DNA of 64,000 nucleotides from Octopus sinensis (GCF_006345805.1 NC_043002.1:85250001-85314000), one strand, 5' to 3'. Positions 1 through 12,958 are shown, counted from the stretch's first letter. Notes: a model not told the origin generated them from the sequence alone. A program made the numbers and translations.

Positions 1-942
1 TATGTTACATAATGCCACTAAACATGGTAAATCGAAGACAAAAACCTTTCGATCCAAAGTCTACAATCGAATTCCTCACACTTACATCTACGTGACTTTG
101 GAAAAGCTAGTGCACAAAACATTTTTACATTCTTTGCGTAGGACGCTTCTTCCTTTTCTCTTTGCTCTTCAAGTGAAGGAAATTTATAGGAAATATTAAT
201 ATCGATTACTTTTTATTCGGCACTTGGCCAATTTCTGTTAGGGCGAATCAGAACTCGATCGAATTTCCTTTAGTATATAATAAAACAATACTGATATTTA
301 TTTTATCGACTCCGGCCGAGCATTGAACTCAAAACATCGAAGATCGACTAATTCATTTAGTATGTCATTGTACCATTTTCTTTTCTGCCAATGAACCATA
401 ACCTAGAAAAACATTGATTTCTTACATCGGCTTCGTGCCGATGTTTGAAATCGGTAGAAATATGATAGGAAGAGGTTGTAGTCGATTCAATCAACCTCAA
501 AATTAAACTGGTACTTTATTTTATTGCTCTCCACTCGAAAAGATGAAAGCGAAATCGACTTCAGCGGGATTCCAACTTAGGATATAAGAAAACTGAATAA
601 ATACCACAAGATATGTTCCTTTCCGATTCTTAACCGATTCTAACAAGCTACTATGTATAAAATATTGATTTATTACATAGGTGCCAAGCCTCGAATTTTT
701 TGGCTGATGGTGGTGGTGGTGGAGGGTGAAGCGAACATAGTTGAGTATATGGAAGCTCCCAAAATACATGGGTGTGGGTGTGATATACGTACACACATAC
801 TCAGCTACACTCTCGCACACCTAATATATACACAGATAAAGTTTTAGTTGTTCAAAATTATGTTTCCATATTTTACTGTGCGTCTATATATTGGTTTCAA
901 GTTGGTTTCAGTTTTTGGTACATGGCCAACAATTATAGGAAG

Positions 943-1105
943 ATGGGCTAGTCGATTACATCGAACCCAGTGATCAACTTTATCAACTCCGAAAAAACGA
1001 AGAGCAAAGCTGACCTCGAAAAGATGAAAAGGAAAGTCGATCCCGAAAAGGTGAAAAGCAAACACGACCTCGAAAAGTTGAAAACGGCAGAATTTCAGCT
1101 CAGAT
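943..1105 (-). mobile_element. Degenerate SINE family A copy with a ~27-bp internal segment repeated about 4 times
   Basis: Units like CCCGAAAAGGTGAAAAGCAAACACGACCT at ~985-1085 match CCCCGAAAGGATGAAAGGCAAAGTCGACCT of intact copies such as 57735-57765. Confidence 0.6.
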
Positions 1106-1196
1106 CGTAAAGTTGGATGAAGCGCCGTCCAAAGAGAAAGAAGGAAAACTAAGGAAAAATCGCTAACAAGCCATCTGCAGTTACATTTCTGAAGTG

Positions 1197-1198
<2 letters not shown>

Positions 1199-1246
<48 letters not shown>

Positions 1247-1455
1247 TATACACACACAGAGTGAGACATACACACACACACACACAATATTATATATATA
1301 TAATATATATATATATATAATATATATATATATATTATATATATATATATTATATATATATATATAATATGTATGTATGTATATATATATATATAATATA
1401 TATATAATATATATATATATATAATATATATATATATATAGTATATATATATATA

Positions 1456-1493
<38 letters not shown>

Positions 1494-1520
1494 CATGTAT
1501 GTATGTATTTATGTATGCAT

Positions 1521-1585
<65 letters not shown>

Positions 1586-1600
1586 ATATGTATATATTCA
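1199..1600. repeat. Compound (TA)n/(CA)n microsatellite
   Basis: Directly visible. Confidence 0.95.
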
Positions 1601-1676
1601 TGTATACATGTAAACAGAAAGCAAGGACGGAAAATTTTCAGACGATGAATATTCAAGTACAAATATTCACATATTC

Positions 1677-1880
1677 CTTTCCGCTATAAGCATAAGGCCT
1701 GAAATTGGTGGGTAGGGGAAGGGGTATGTCGATTACATCGACTTCAGCGTTTCACCGGTACCTAATTTATCGACCCCGAAAGGATGAAAGGCAAACTCGA
1801 CCCGGTGGCATTTGAACTCAGAACATGAACACAGGCGAAATATCGCTAAAGCATTTCGCCCGGTGTGCTAACGATTCTCC
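1677..1880 (-). mobile_element. tRNA-derived SINE family A (MetaSINE-like), monomer
   Basis: Reverse complement of the family head and central box GCCTTTCATCCTTTCGGGGTCGATAAA. Confidence 0.85.
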
Positions 1881-2137
1881 CTTATAGATATTTATATATT
1901 ATCAGAGCAAACTTACACAAAGTCACAGAAAAATTAATGGGCAGACTCACACCCTTCCGCGCACACATGCAGACACGTACACATCCGACGTGCACACAAA
2001 CACACATGCATTCCCCCACACGCACGCATGCACACATACTCGTGTGCACGCACACATAAAACCCATACCCTTGGCTACACTAATGCACCCTCACACACTC
2101 TACCTCATCCTTCTCTCCCTTTGACACACGCACACAC

Positions 2138-2199
<62 letters not shown>

Positions 2200-2207
<8 letters not shown>

Positions 2208-2425
2208 TGACCATCATCACACTTTCCTTTCCCAGAAACCACTTTCTCTCCCTCCTTCCACTTCCGGTCACTTCAGAAATGTAACCGCACGAGGATTGTT
2301 GGCGATTTTTCCTTATTTTTCCTTCTTTCTCGTTGGACTTTTTTCTTTCCGACGACCACCTATGCTCAAAACGTTAACAATTCTCTCCTTTGACAGGATG
2401 CGGTTAAAAGTGATTATCGGAGAGT
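2200..2425 (+). mobile_element. Degenerate Penelope-like 3' terminal remnant
   Basis: Pyrimidine-rich tract, decayed hammerhead-like motif TTTCCGACGA...GCTCAAAACGTT, ends at (TA)n; 2269-2338 has an inverted homologue at 1127-1198 and resembles 41500-41610. Confidence 0.45.
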
Positions 2426-2428
2426 ATG

Positions 2429-2497
<69 letters not shown>

Positions 2498-2504
2498 GTG
2501 TATG

Positions 2505-2675
2505 ACCGTTGAGAAAGACACCAACTGCTCTGCCTGTAGCACCAAGGCCGAACCGGTGGTCAAGATCAAGGAGGTGTTCGAAGATCTTCCCAGGGACACC
2601 GCGAGGAACACATGCGCTAGGTTCTAAGGTCGCCTTGAGACTGTGGTGAAAGCTGAGAGCGACTATTTTTTGTAA
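2505..2675 (+). pseudogene. Tc1/mariner (maT-like) transposase C-terminal remnant
   Basis: Translates as KIKEVFEDLPRDTARNTCARF*GRLETVVKAESDYF, a typical Tc1/maT C-terminus. Confidence 0.65.
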
Positions 2676-2868
2676 ATTGTTATCTCCCAGCCATAATCTA
2701 GTTGATAGTTTTTGATTTTAAAAAAATACTTATTTCGTTTTCTTTTTGCCTTGTATGCAAGCCGACAAATGTAGTCCGAATATTCTATATATGCACGCAC
2801 ACATTCAATCACACAGACACATAACTCATGCACAGATATGTGTATACACCTATGCACACACACACACA

Positions 2869-2914
<46 letters not shown>

Positions 2915-4507
2915 ATTCTGTACAGTAATATCTTTTGCACCAAGTAGTTGTCTATGCGTATATTTATGTGTAATTGTGCATGTGTATGTATATATATGAA
3001 TGTGTGTGTGTGTGTGTGTGTGCTTATGTGTTTGTAAGGATGTATATACGTTAATATAAGTATGTACGTGCGTGTGTCTATGTATGGATACGTGTATGTA
3101 TATATAAATGTTCTTATGTGTGTGAATGTATATACATATGTGAGATTGTCTTTTCATTTGTGCGTATATGTGTGCTTATGAATATGTGTATGTGTGATTA
3201 TGAATATGTGCGTACGCATTTGTGTATTATTATGTGTGTGTTTCTGTGTGTGCGTGTATGTTTGTTGTACGTATGTGTGTATATATGGATGTGTCGGTGC
3301 ATAACTCTTGGGAGTCTAGAGGCAAAGTATTGCAATTATATAAGCTGTCCCCTACAAACCAAACACACACACTCACATACACACACATAGACACACACAA
3401 ATACACACATACATTCGCACATACATACATACACTACACAAGAACCACGAACGAATTGTATAAAACACACGCAGGTACACACGCGCGCGCGCACGCACAC
3501 GTAATCACACATCTGTATGTATGCATCTGTAGCTGGGGAAACGGCTATGTCTTTCAAATATTCGTTGACTAAATACACTAGTTTTGTGGTAATGTTTACA
3601 ATTTCATCGTGAATTCTTGAACATTTTAAGTTTCTATACATCTAGATATTCAAATAATTATTTTTTTAAAACTGACAATATTTATATTGACTTTTCAGAG
3701 TGACAGCATTTTATTTGCTACATGGAGTCATGATTGATTACGCCTTATCATAAAGGCGTTTTTCGGTGTTCTTGGGTTTGAGTGCCACCGAACATATAAA
3801 GCTGCATTCTCATAAAAAAATTTAAAATGACGAAATTATATTATTAAAAATATTGCACCTAGGTGCAGGCCTAGCAAAGACTGTTATAGAAGCCCAGTAG
3901 TTTATCCTGCAGCATGTTCTCCTTTCCATGTCATCGATATTTTGCTCAAGAGAAAGGCAAGAAATGATACTGTATGACACGAGGTTCGTCGCAGAACGTA
4001 AGAAGCTGGAAAATGCAGCACAACGTATTTTGTTCAGTGCACTTAAAATTCTATTCAACCAGTCCACCGTTCTGGACTTGTACTGTATTTTATCAACCCC
4101 ACAATAATGAAAATTAGGGTTAGGGGGGTGAAAGGCCAGAACAAATATGGCGAAGTATTTTGTATGATGCAGGCGCTTTGTGCTACGATTTGAAGAAAGT
4201 TAAAGATTTTCTTTGAAAGTGCAAAATAATTTTATTAAACTTGGAGTGAGACTAATTGCTTTTCCAGCTTGAATTCAAATTTTTTTTGACTAGTTGATTG
4301 TTATCCCTGTTATGAATTCGAAACCTTTCCCTTTGATTCTCGTTTGGTTAGAGTAGACGAAATACCAGTAATATACATAGCCTTCACAGTTAGATAAAAG
4401 TTACGTAGCTAAAATGGTCTCTGCACGAGATGTATGTGAAGAAGTGAATTTAAATGGATTTTTATTTAAATTGCATTTCTTTTATTAGTTGAATAAATAT
4501 GTATGTA

Positions 4508-4563
<56 letters not shown>

Positions 4564-4617
4564 AGATCGTTAGCTCCTACACGCATTTTTTTCTCTCCTT
4601 GTTTTTTTTCTGTGTAC

Positions 4618-4653
4618 CTTTCTGTCGAAGAGCGTAGGCTCGAAACGTAAAAG
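4618..4653 (+). ncRNA. Minimal type I hammerhead-like motif (variant core) in Penelope-like end, copy 1
   Basis: CTTT-CTGTCGA-A-GAGC(GTAG)GCTC-GAAAC-GT-A-AAAG: stem I CTTT/AAAG, stem II GAGC/GCTC, palindromic ACGT stem III; core has U in place of A6. Confidence 0.55.
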
Positions 4654-4767
4654 ACTTTTTCTATTCCTGAGCGCTATACTAATACATTTGTTTGTTTGTA
4701 CTCCACCTGCCTTCGTCTTTTATTTATTTTCGTAAACTTTCCCTTTATACACACACACACACACACA

Positions 4768-4829
<62 letters not shown>

Positions 4830-5035
4830 ACACACACACACATATCTGTATGTGTGCGTGCGTGTGTGTGTGTGCATGCAGGCCTGACTGTGGTAAAATG
4901 TTTGCTTCCTAACCACATGGAACCGGCTTCATTTTACCTGCATGGTATTTTGGGCTAGTGTCTTCTACTATAGCCCTTGGTCAACCAAAGCCTTGTAAAT
5001 GGACCTGGTAGACAGAAACCGAAAGAAGCCTGTCG

Positions 5036-5073
<38 letters not shown>

Positions 5074-5138
5074 ATATATATGATAGATCGTTAGCTCCTA
5101 CACGCATTTTTTTCTCTCCTTGTTTTTTTTCTGTGTAC

Positions 5139-5174
5139 CTTTCTGTCGAAGAGCGTAGGCTCGAAACGTAAAAG
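5139..5174 (+). ncRNA. Minimal hammerhead-like motif, copy 2
   Basis: Identical to 4618-4653. Confidence 0.55.
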
Positions 5175-5281
5175 ACTTTTTCTATTCCTGAGCGCTATAC
5201 TAATACATTGTTTGTTTGTACTCCACCTGCCTTCGTCTTTTATTTATTTTCGTAAACTTTCCCTTTATACACACACACACA

Positions 5282-5352
<71 letters not shown>

Positions 5353-5553
5353 ACACACACATATCTGTATGTGTGCGTGCGTGTGTGTGTGTGCATGCAG
5401 GCCTGACTGTGGTAAAATGTTTGCTTCCTAACCACATGGAACCGGCTTCATTTTACCTGCATGGTATTTTGGGCTAGTGTCTTCTACTATAGCCCTTGGT
5501 CAACCAAAGCCTTGTAAATGGACCTGGTAGACAGAAACCGAAAGAAGCCTGTC

Positions 5554-5590
<37 letters not shown>

Positions 5591-5594
<4 letters not shown>

Positions 5595-6404
5595 TGGCAG
5601 GGAAAAGAGCGATTTTAAAGAGCTCCCAGTACCCATGCATCAACCTGAGCAACAGAAGTGAAATGCTTATCCTTGCCCACATGAAAGGAAGTACATCCTA
5701 TCATACTTGCGTACCCCATCATGACTATAGTCACCAGTGCTCCAATTTCCGCCCTCCAGCAATAATTGGGAGTCGGGCAAAGAGTTTGACCAAAGCATAC
5801 ACTAACGCACCCACAAACAAACACACACACACACCAGCACAGCGGGCATCTATCCAATAGACCTTTTCCTATCACTCCAAATATAAGCTCCCCCGTATAT
5901 TGTACCCCTACACACGCCGCATCATGCAGACATAACTGCTCCTAGAATTTAACCAAAATATAAAAGAAAGAAAACACGCTAACGAACATAGACGTGTATG
6001 CCCACCACCCGAAAATGTTATACATATAGCATCATACTCACATTCCATTTCTACAAGAACACCAGCCTTAAAGACACACGCATTTCTCATAAAACTTTTT
6101 CCAGAAACCTCTCGCCGACTTACAACAAAACTACCCCCAGTGATGATGCTTTTGATACCAAGGGTCATAACTCTTAACTTAATTCCCTGTTCGATTGGTT
6201 TCATCTTCTTCACAACAACCACAAACCAGATGTTCACCTCCAACAATAGAGAGCAGTCGCCATATTTCATTCCAAAACGGCTACCTCTGAAGAGCACAGG
6301 GTTACATAATCGGACTGTTACCTAACACTCCGTTGAACCCCTAGTGCGAAACCGATCGGTAAGATCGGCCGTAATGGATATGTAATACTGTACACTTCGA
6401 TTAG
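5591..6404 (+). mobile_element. 5'-truncated Penelope-like element inserted in the internal (TA)n of a SINE B copy
   Basis: Begins CLAGKRAILKE then, across frameshifts, NRSEMLI-CPHERKYIL, resembling the CL.EK..IL...NKRSEL..CRH C-terminus of PLE GIY-YIG domains; decayed hammerhead at 6330-6370; SINE B resumes at 6405. Confidence 0.6.
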
Positions 6405-6620
6405 TATATGTGTGTGTGTGTATTTGTGTCTGTGTTTGTCCTCCGCCACCGCTTGACAACCGGTGTTGATGTGTTTTCGACCCAGTAACTTAGCAGCTCG
6501 GCAAAAAGACCAATAGGATAAGTATCAGACTTTTAAAAAAGTACCGGCGTTGATTCGTTCAACTGAAATTATTCAAGGCGGTGCTCCAAGTAAACAAGTA
6601 AAAGATAAAAGATAAGATGG
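6405..6620 (+). mobile_element. 3' half of the SINE B copy whose 5' half is at 5396-5555
   Basis: GCTTGACAACCGGTG...CGGCAAAAAGACCAATAGGATAAGTA...GGCGGTGCTCC matches the 3' half of intact copies. Confidence 0.85.
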
Positions 6621-6687
6621 GTGTTTTACTGACTTTTCAACACTTTAAAATACATTTAGTCATGCTTAGAATATTTAATAGACCTAA

Positions 6688-7083
6688 GGCGGCGGGCTGG
6701 CAGAAACGTTATCACGCCGGGCGAAATGCTTAGCGCTATTTCGTCTGCCGCTACGTTCTGTGTTCAAATTCCGCCGAGGTCGACTTTGCCTTTCATCCTT
6801 TCGGGGTCGATTAAATAAGTACCAGTTACGCACTGGGGTCGATATAATCGACTTAATCCGTTTGTCTGTTCTTGTTTGTCCCCTCTGTGTGTAGCCCCTT
6901 GTGGGTAGTAAAGAAATAGGTATTTCGTCTACCGCTACGTTTTGAGTTCAAATTCCGCCGAGGTCGACTTTGCCTTTCATCCTTTCGGGGTCGATAAGTT
7001 AAGTACTAGTTGCGTACTGGGATCGATATAATCGACTGCCCCCTTCCTCAAAATTTCAGGCCTTGTGCCTAAAGTAGAAAAGA
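6688..7083 (+). mobile_element. SINE family A, internal dimer
   Basis: A-box TGGCAGAAACGTT, B-box GTTCAAATTCC, central box present twice; AGAATATTTAATA on both flanks. Confidence 0.9.
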
Positions 7084-9503
7084 ATATTTAATAAGCCTCT
7101 AGGTTCTACAAATAAATATGATGTGGATTAGTGTGTTAACAGCAACTACCACTGTATATTTATGCGGGGACTGATTCCACCGACTCCACAAACTTTGAGA
7201 TACATTATGGTCGTACAATATTACACCTAATTGACAGTGCATGTAGAATCTACAATTTCGTGCTCGACAGAAGGAGACAGTAATATACATGTTAAACACT
7301 AATGCAATGACTATATGAAAAGCAGTGACGACCTTATTCTGTTTTGATTATTTGAAACCATGTATTAGTTAGAGGTTGGCAGCAGGTGCACTGTGGCTCA
7401 CTAAGGCGTTTTCTGTAGTTCACAGATCTCTTCTAAATAATAAATAATTTAATGGTTTTTAGATCATCGCTTGCGTCACCATTTATTTAATTTTGCTTTT
7501 CTTGCATAAGAATTGCCGGTGATTGAAACATGAGATACACGGTAATATGTTAAGTTATGATATAATACACAAGTGGGTCATTACAAAAAGAAGTTTCTTA
7601 TTCTTGTTTTAAGTGCTGTTCAATACTAAATCTGAACAATGCATTCAAAGACGACTATATTTGTCATTGATGTTGCATCTGTGAATTAATTATTCATGCC
7701 AATACAATGATTGAAGTGTTATATTTTCCCATATTTTACACTGTTCTGTTATTTTGTATTTAATGTGATGTCAAATTCAAAATGCCCTTTAATTGATGTC
7801 ATACCATTCGCGGTTTAACTTGACACGGCAGTTGCTAGTCGTAGTTGTTGAGCTTCAATTATGGTGGGAGCCTTGCATTTGTAACAACCTCGAAAGTTTA
7901 TCGAACATTACTGAAATATTTCTTTGTTACAATCTTAGGTTAATAATTCAAGTGATTTTCTTCCTAACCTGAACAAACTAAAATCCTTAATAATCGTGGT
8001 TACAAGGAATATATAGCAAATTAATTTTAGTTTCTGTTGTATATTCCAAGATTCCACGATATTTCTTTAGTATAATTTTGACAAATTTCATCCCAAGATT
8101 CTGTTGTAAAATTTAGATAGAGCTGTGTAAACGTTCCTAAATAAAAGTATCGTAATAAAGTTGGCATTCGTTTTCAACTCCGTTATAGATGCAACCGCGT
8201 TCTGCTGACATATCTTTAATTTAGGTAGAAGACAGCATAATGCAACTGCAGCTATATCTGTTACTTTAGTTTTGAGCGTTGGTTTAATTAATCAAAACTT
8301 TCAACGGTGACTATGACAAGGTGTAATGATGCATGAAGAACAAAATCACATTTATTCTTATAGTTCGTTCATATTGCCAATGGACTTCCGCAGATGTTTT
8401 CTGTAGGGACCGATTTGTATAGAAAAAGAAGCTGCTTAGGACAATGACAACAATATTCCTCTCCATCCACTTAATCATCTTTAACCATGTTTCTAGTTTC
8501 ACAGAGATTATAGAGAAACCATTTCAGCCAACTGTACAGTATAAATCGTTTTAGCATGCAATCCACCTATTCTTCGTTTGCAGTCAGTCATTATTAGTAT
8601 GTGTGCTGCAGCTAACTCGTCTAATATGGTGAAATCACTATAGACTATGTATTCCACCTCCCTTCGAGGTAATTTGCCATTGTACTTGAAGAAGGTACGG
8701 TCTTGAAGAATATGCAGACATTATTCCTTCCAATATTCGTTTAAGCGTATTTTATCGCATTATTTCTTTCATTTTCAAGAACAGCAACGAAATGCTATGT
8801 TTTCAATCTGAAATACAATAAACAGTCACAAAATAGAGTTTACTAGAGTTTTAAATTGTTGAAATAGGAATAATTTCAACAAGCCTGGTAGAATTGATTG
8901 GATGGAATGACCGCTACAAATGAGAGAGAGAGAGAGGAGGGGGAGAGAGAGAAAGAGAGAGAGGGAGCGAGAGAGAGAGAGAGAGAGAGCGCAGGTGTGT
9001 GTGTGTGTGTGTGTTAATTTAAAGAAAAATAAAAGTTAATCTTATTCTTAACAGTCACTTACTGAAATCCAACACGAATTTGATTTTTATGCAAATGGCA
9101 GACTTTCTTGCATAAACAAACTTACGCGCTGTTTTCATACATATCAAACACTGAAATAGATTGAAATGAAGAAAATATAATGCCCCAGGATTAATGGATT
9201 ACGAAAAATGTTTAAAAGTCCGTGCTGATGAGGCCATGATAATATCAAAACAGGTCATGAGTTGTTTCTCTTATTTGCTTCAAAAAATTAAAATAATCTT
9301 ATTTGTTGACTAATATTCCTTTTTTGTCCTCTCCCACATAATCATTTCTGGTTATTCTTCCAATGACCATAAATATGTTAACACTATGTTAGCTGTAAAT
9401 GATCCAGGGTCGCCATCCGCTCGAAAAATAACAACTAAGTTGGTGTCATCATATTCAGCAATATATATGCACCAGGTATTTTTGCTATCTTTCTTTGTAA
9501 ATA

Positions 9504-9666
9504 GGCGCAGGAGTGGCTGTGTGGTAAGTAGCTTGCTTACCAACCACCTGGTTCCGGGTTCAGTCCTACTGCGTGGCATCTTAGGCAAGTGTCTTCTACT
9601 ATAGCCTCGGGCCGACCAAAGCGTTGTGAGTGGATTTAGTAGACGGGAACTGAAAGAAGCCCATTG

Positions 9667-9719
<53 letters not shown>

Positions 9720-9915
9720 TTCTTCTCCCAGCATCGCTTGACAACCGATGCTGGGTGTTTGCATCCCACTAACTTAGTGGTTCGGCAAGAGAGACCGATT
9801 GAATAAATACTAGGCTTACAAAGAATAAGTCCTGGGGTCGATTTGCTCGACTAAAAGAGGCGGTGCTCCAGCATGGCTGCAGTCAAATGACTGAAACAAA
9901 TAAAAGAATAAAAGA
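9504..9915 (+). mobile_element. tRNA-derived SINE family B with internal (TA)n(TG)n
   Basis: GGCGCAGGAGTGGCTGTGTGGTAAG head, B-box-like GGTTCAGTCC, TAAAAGA tail; many homologues in the window. Confidence 0.9.
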
Positions 9916-10511
9916 AACAAATTTTTGAAGAACAACAAAATATTAACACAAGAAGAACCGAGCGCATCAAGTGATACATTTTGAAATCTTTATTGCACAC
10001 AATTCAAAATCTATTGTAGGCGTAGTGACGTCATTCTTCAGTGTGCGTGTGCGGAGCTGGAACCTTCTGGAAAGGCCTAAGGAAGTTCCCTAATGCACAT
10101 GCGCTAAAAACTGGGAAGGTGAATTCTGTGGCGTTCGTTGAAGAGAGAAGACGTGTTTAACGTGTTATCAGCCTATTCTCCCGTCCCAGACGCTTGGGAT
10201 TTGACCGGCTCTGTTGCTGTTGGAGTTGTTGAGAGGTTTATCTTTACAAATGTTTAACTTCAGTCTTGCTGTATCTACACCAAGTGGTTACCAATTTACC
10301 AACGTGCCTTCTTTATGTAAATAACGAAATAAAGTGTCATATTTTTTAAGGTTGCTTTCTTGTTCCTGACATCGGTAGTTTTTGGAAACAAAGGAGGAAA
10401 TTGTGTTGCACCCAAACAGTGCAAAAGACACAACCTGTTCTAGACAATTCCTTTACATAGGTATCAACATTATGATGCTTGATTTTTTCATAGTTTTATG
10501 ATATCTATATA

Positions 10512-10935
10512 CTCTTTACTCTTTACTCTTTTACTCTTTTACTTGTTTCAGTCATTTGACTGCGGCCATGATGGAGCACCACCTTTAATCGAGCAACTCG
10601 ACCCCAGGACTTATTCTTTTGTAAGCCCAGTACTTATTCTATCGGTCCCTTTTGCCGAACCGCTAAGTAACGGGGACATAAACACACCAGCATCGGTTGT
10701 CAAGCAATGCTAGGAGGACAAACACAGACACACAAACATACACGCACACATATATATATATATACATATATACGACGGGCTTCTTTCAGTTTCCATCTAC
10801 CAAATCCACTCACCAGGCTTTGGTCGGCCTGAGGCTATAGCAGAAGACACTTGCCCAAGGTGCCACGCAGAGGGACTGAACCCGGAACCATGTGGTTGGT
10901 AAACAAGCTACTTACCACACAGCCACTCTTGCGCC
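10512..10935 (-). mobile_element. SINE family B
   Basis: Full-length reverse-complement match to 9504-9915. Confidence 0.9.
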
Positions 10936-11039
10936 TATCTATATACGATATAAATTATACATTATTTGCATCAACTGTAACCCCCACTCCATACTACCTA
11001 TTAGGACCACATGCGTCAATTGACGCATTGGTGACTTTT

Positions 11040-11458
11040 GAAAATTGCATCTGCTCTTATTTACACGTGACAACATTTTAGATATTCAGTAATTGCATAG
11101 CCTTTACACCTCGCAAAACAAAACTGCAGTGTTAGTCGCAACAGTTCGACAGAGCAAAAGGGAATTATCCGAAGCAGTAAAACAGGTGAAACCTGTTCAT
11201 GAAACTGTGGTTTTGAAATCCACACAGAAGCCTACTGTAACACAGCGTACTAGTACCAAAAAAAAAAAAAAAATCAAAGCCTGTTGTTGTTTTGAGTGTG
11301 TTACATCAACATCTAAAAGTTCCTTCTGAAAATAACCCCAAGAAGAAGCATGACGCCATACTTTTTTATAACAAAAAATAAAGTAGGCATCGACGTGCTT
11401 GACCAAATGGCAAGACTTTATTCAGTCAAAGCAAACAATAGACGATGGCCAATGCACG
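11040..11458 (+). pseudogene. piggyBac (PGBD4-like) transposase remnant
   Basis: VATVRQSKREL and FYNKNKVGIDVLDQMARLYSVKANNRRWPM match the YN..K.GVD.LDQM...YS....RRWP motif; frameshifted and cut off by the TAA tract. Confidence 0.8.
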
Positions 11459-11464
11459 ATGGCC

Positions 11465-11480
11465 ATAATAATAATAATAA

Positions 11481-11533
<53 letters not shown>

Positions 11534-11647
11534 TAATAATAATAATAATGATAATAATATAATAATAATAATAATAATAATAATGATAATAATAATAATA
11601 ATAATAATGATAATAATAATGATAATAATAATAATATTAATAATAAT
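11465..11647 (+). repeat. (TAA)n microsatellite opening the LINE stack
   Basis: Directly visible. Confidence 0.95.
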
Positions 11648-12002
11648 TGATATTGAAAAAATCTGGCATCTCAAGGCGACTACAGTGCCAGTGATTGTAG
11701 GATCTCTAGGAATGATAAAAAGGTACTGAAACCTATTTGAAAATGATTCCAGGCTTACCATCCCTACAGGAAGTGCAAAAAATCGTGTTAACTGGAACGG
11801 CTCATGTATTGAGAAGAGCATTATCGCTGTGAAAACAACATCCATCCATGAATTTATTTATTTATTAATTTTTAAATACATATTTTATCTGTGAATTTGC
11901 GCGTGTAATCTGGGAATGCATACAATGAGTTTCTCTGCCCTAGGTGTACGGAAAACACTCGGCGAGAAACGAAAGAAAATTTGATGAAAGAAGGAAAAAA
12001 AC
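11648..12002 (+). mobile_element. R4/Dong-like LINE family 1, 3' end
   Basis: DIEKIWHLKATTVPVIVGSLGMI...QEVQKIVLTGTAHVLRRALSL* plus 3' UTR ending in TAA repeats. Confidence 0.85.
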
Positions 12003-12012
12003 ATAATAATAA

Positions 12013-12445
12013 AGACAGAAAAGACAATACTTGTAGACTAATAAGATGTAAGTGTTCCCACTGATAAAAATATACCTGTAAAGGAATTTGACAAATTAAG
12101 TAAATATAAGGACCTGGAAATTGAAATACAAAAGATGTGGCATTTTAACTGTTCCTGTTATTGTGGGTACCCTAAGTATGATAACAGAAACATCTATATA
12201 ATATCCCAGGAGAACCATGTTTCATAGAACTCCAAAAGATTGTGCTGATAGGTACTGCCCACATCCTGAGAAAAACCCTATCAATTTAAATGTATGTGTT
12301 GTATTACATGATGTTTCGTTACTGCCCCTGTCACTTCCCCACCCCAAGCTTTCAGTCATACTGTAACATCTCTTATCCTTCACTTGCCCTAGAACGCGGG
12401 GTGTGTCTCGGAGAGTGATTGTAACAAACATGCAGATCAAAAGAA

Positions 12446-12447
<2 letters not shown>
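12013..12447 (+). mobile_element. R4/Dong-like LINE family 2, 3' end
   Basis: DVSVPTDKNIPVKEFDKLSKYKDLEIEIQKMWH...ELQKIVLIGTAHILRKTLSI* plus a distinct 3' UTR ending in (TAA)n. Confidence 0.85.
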
Positions 12448-12512
<65 letters not shown>

Positions 12513-12551
12513 TTTCAAAAGGATTGACCTAATTCTCCACAAAGGTAAATA

Positions 12552-12863
12552 GAAAAGACGAAGAGCGCGATGCGATTGCAATAGATATTTTATTGGTTGA
12601 ACGATATTTCGACAACAATCTTGTCTTTGTCGAGTTCAAAATAAAGAGGGATAAACATTCAAAATTATAGAAATTAAAATCTAATGACATTCCCTCAACT
12701 TATCGACGTTGGTTGTTCTCGTTCATACTTTAGATCTTAATGTGTATAATTTTGAATTTTTATCACTTTTTTATTTTGAACCCGACAAAGATAAGATTGT
12801 TGTCGAAATATCGTTCATCCAATAAAATATCTGTTGCAATCGCAACGCGCTCTTCGTCTTGTC
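12552..12863. mobile_element. MITE/foldback element with ~118-bp terminal inverted repeats, flanked by TA
   Basis: Arms 12552-12669 and 12745-12863 are near-perfect reverse complements; TA at 12550-12551 and 12864-12865. Confidence 0.85.

Positions 12864-12956
<93 letters not shown>

Positions 12957-12958
<2 letters not shown>

Larger units (their letters stand above)
4561..5590 (+). repeat. Near-identical tandem duplication, period ~521 bp: Penelope-like 3' end + (CA)n + 5' half of SINE B + (TA)n
   Basis: 4561-5081 and 5082-5590 are essentially identical outside the microsatellites. Confidence 0.95.

Noticed and set aside
7790-8720. Possible exon or RPA-like zinc-ribbon remnant on the minus strand (FRGCYKCKA after a TTTCAG acceptor-like site)
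   Set aside because: The frame closes quickly, needs frameshifts and has no second supporting motif; a translated homology search would be needed
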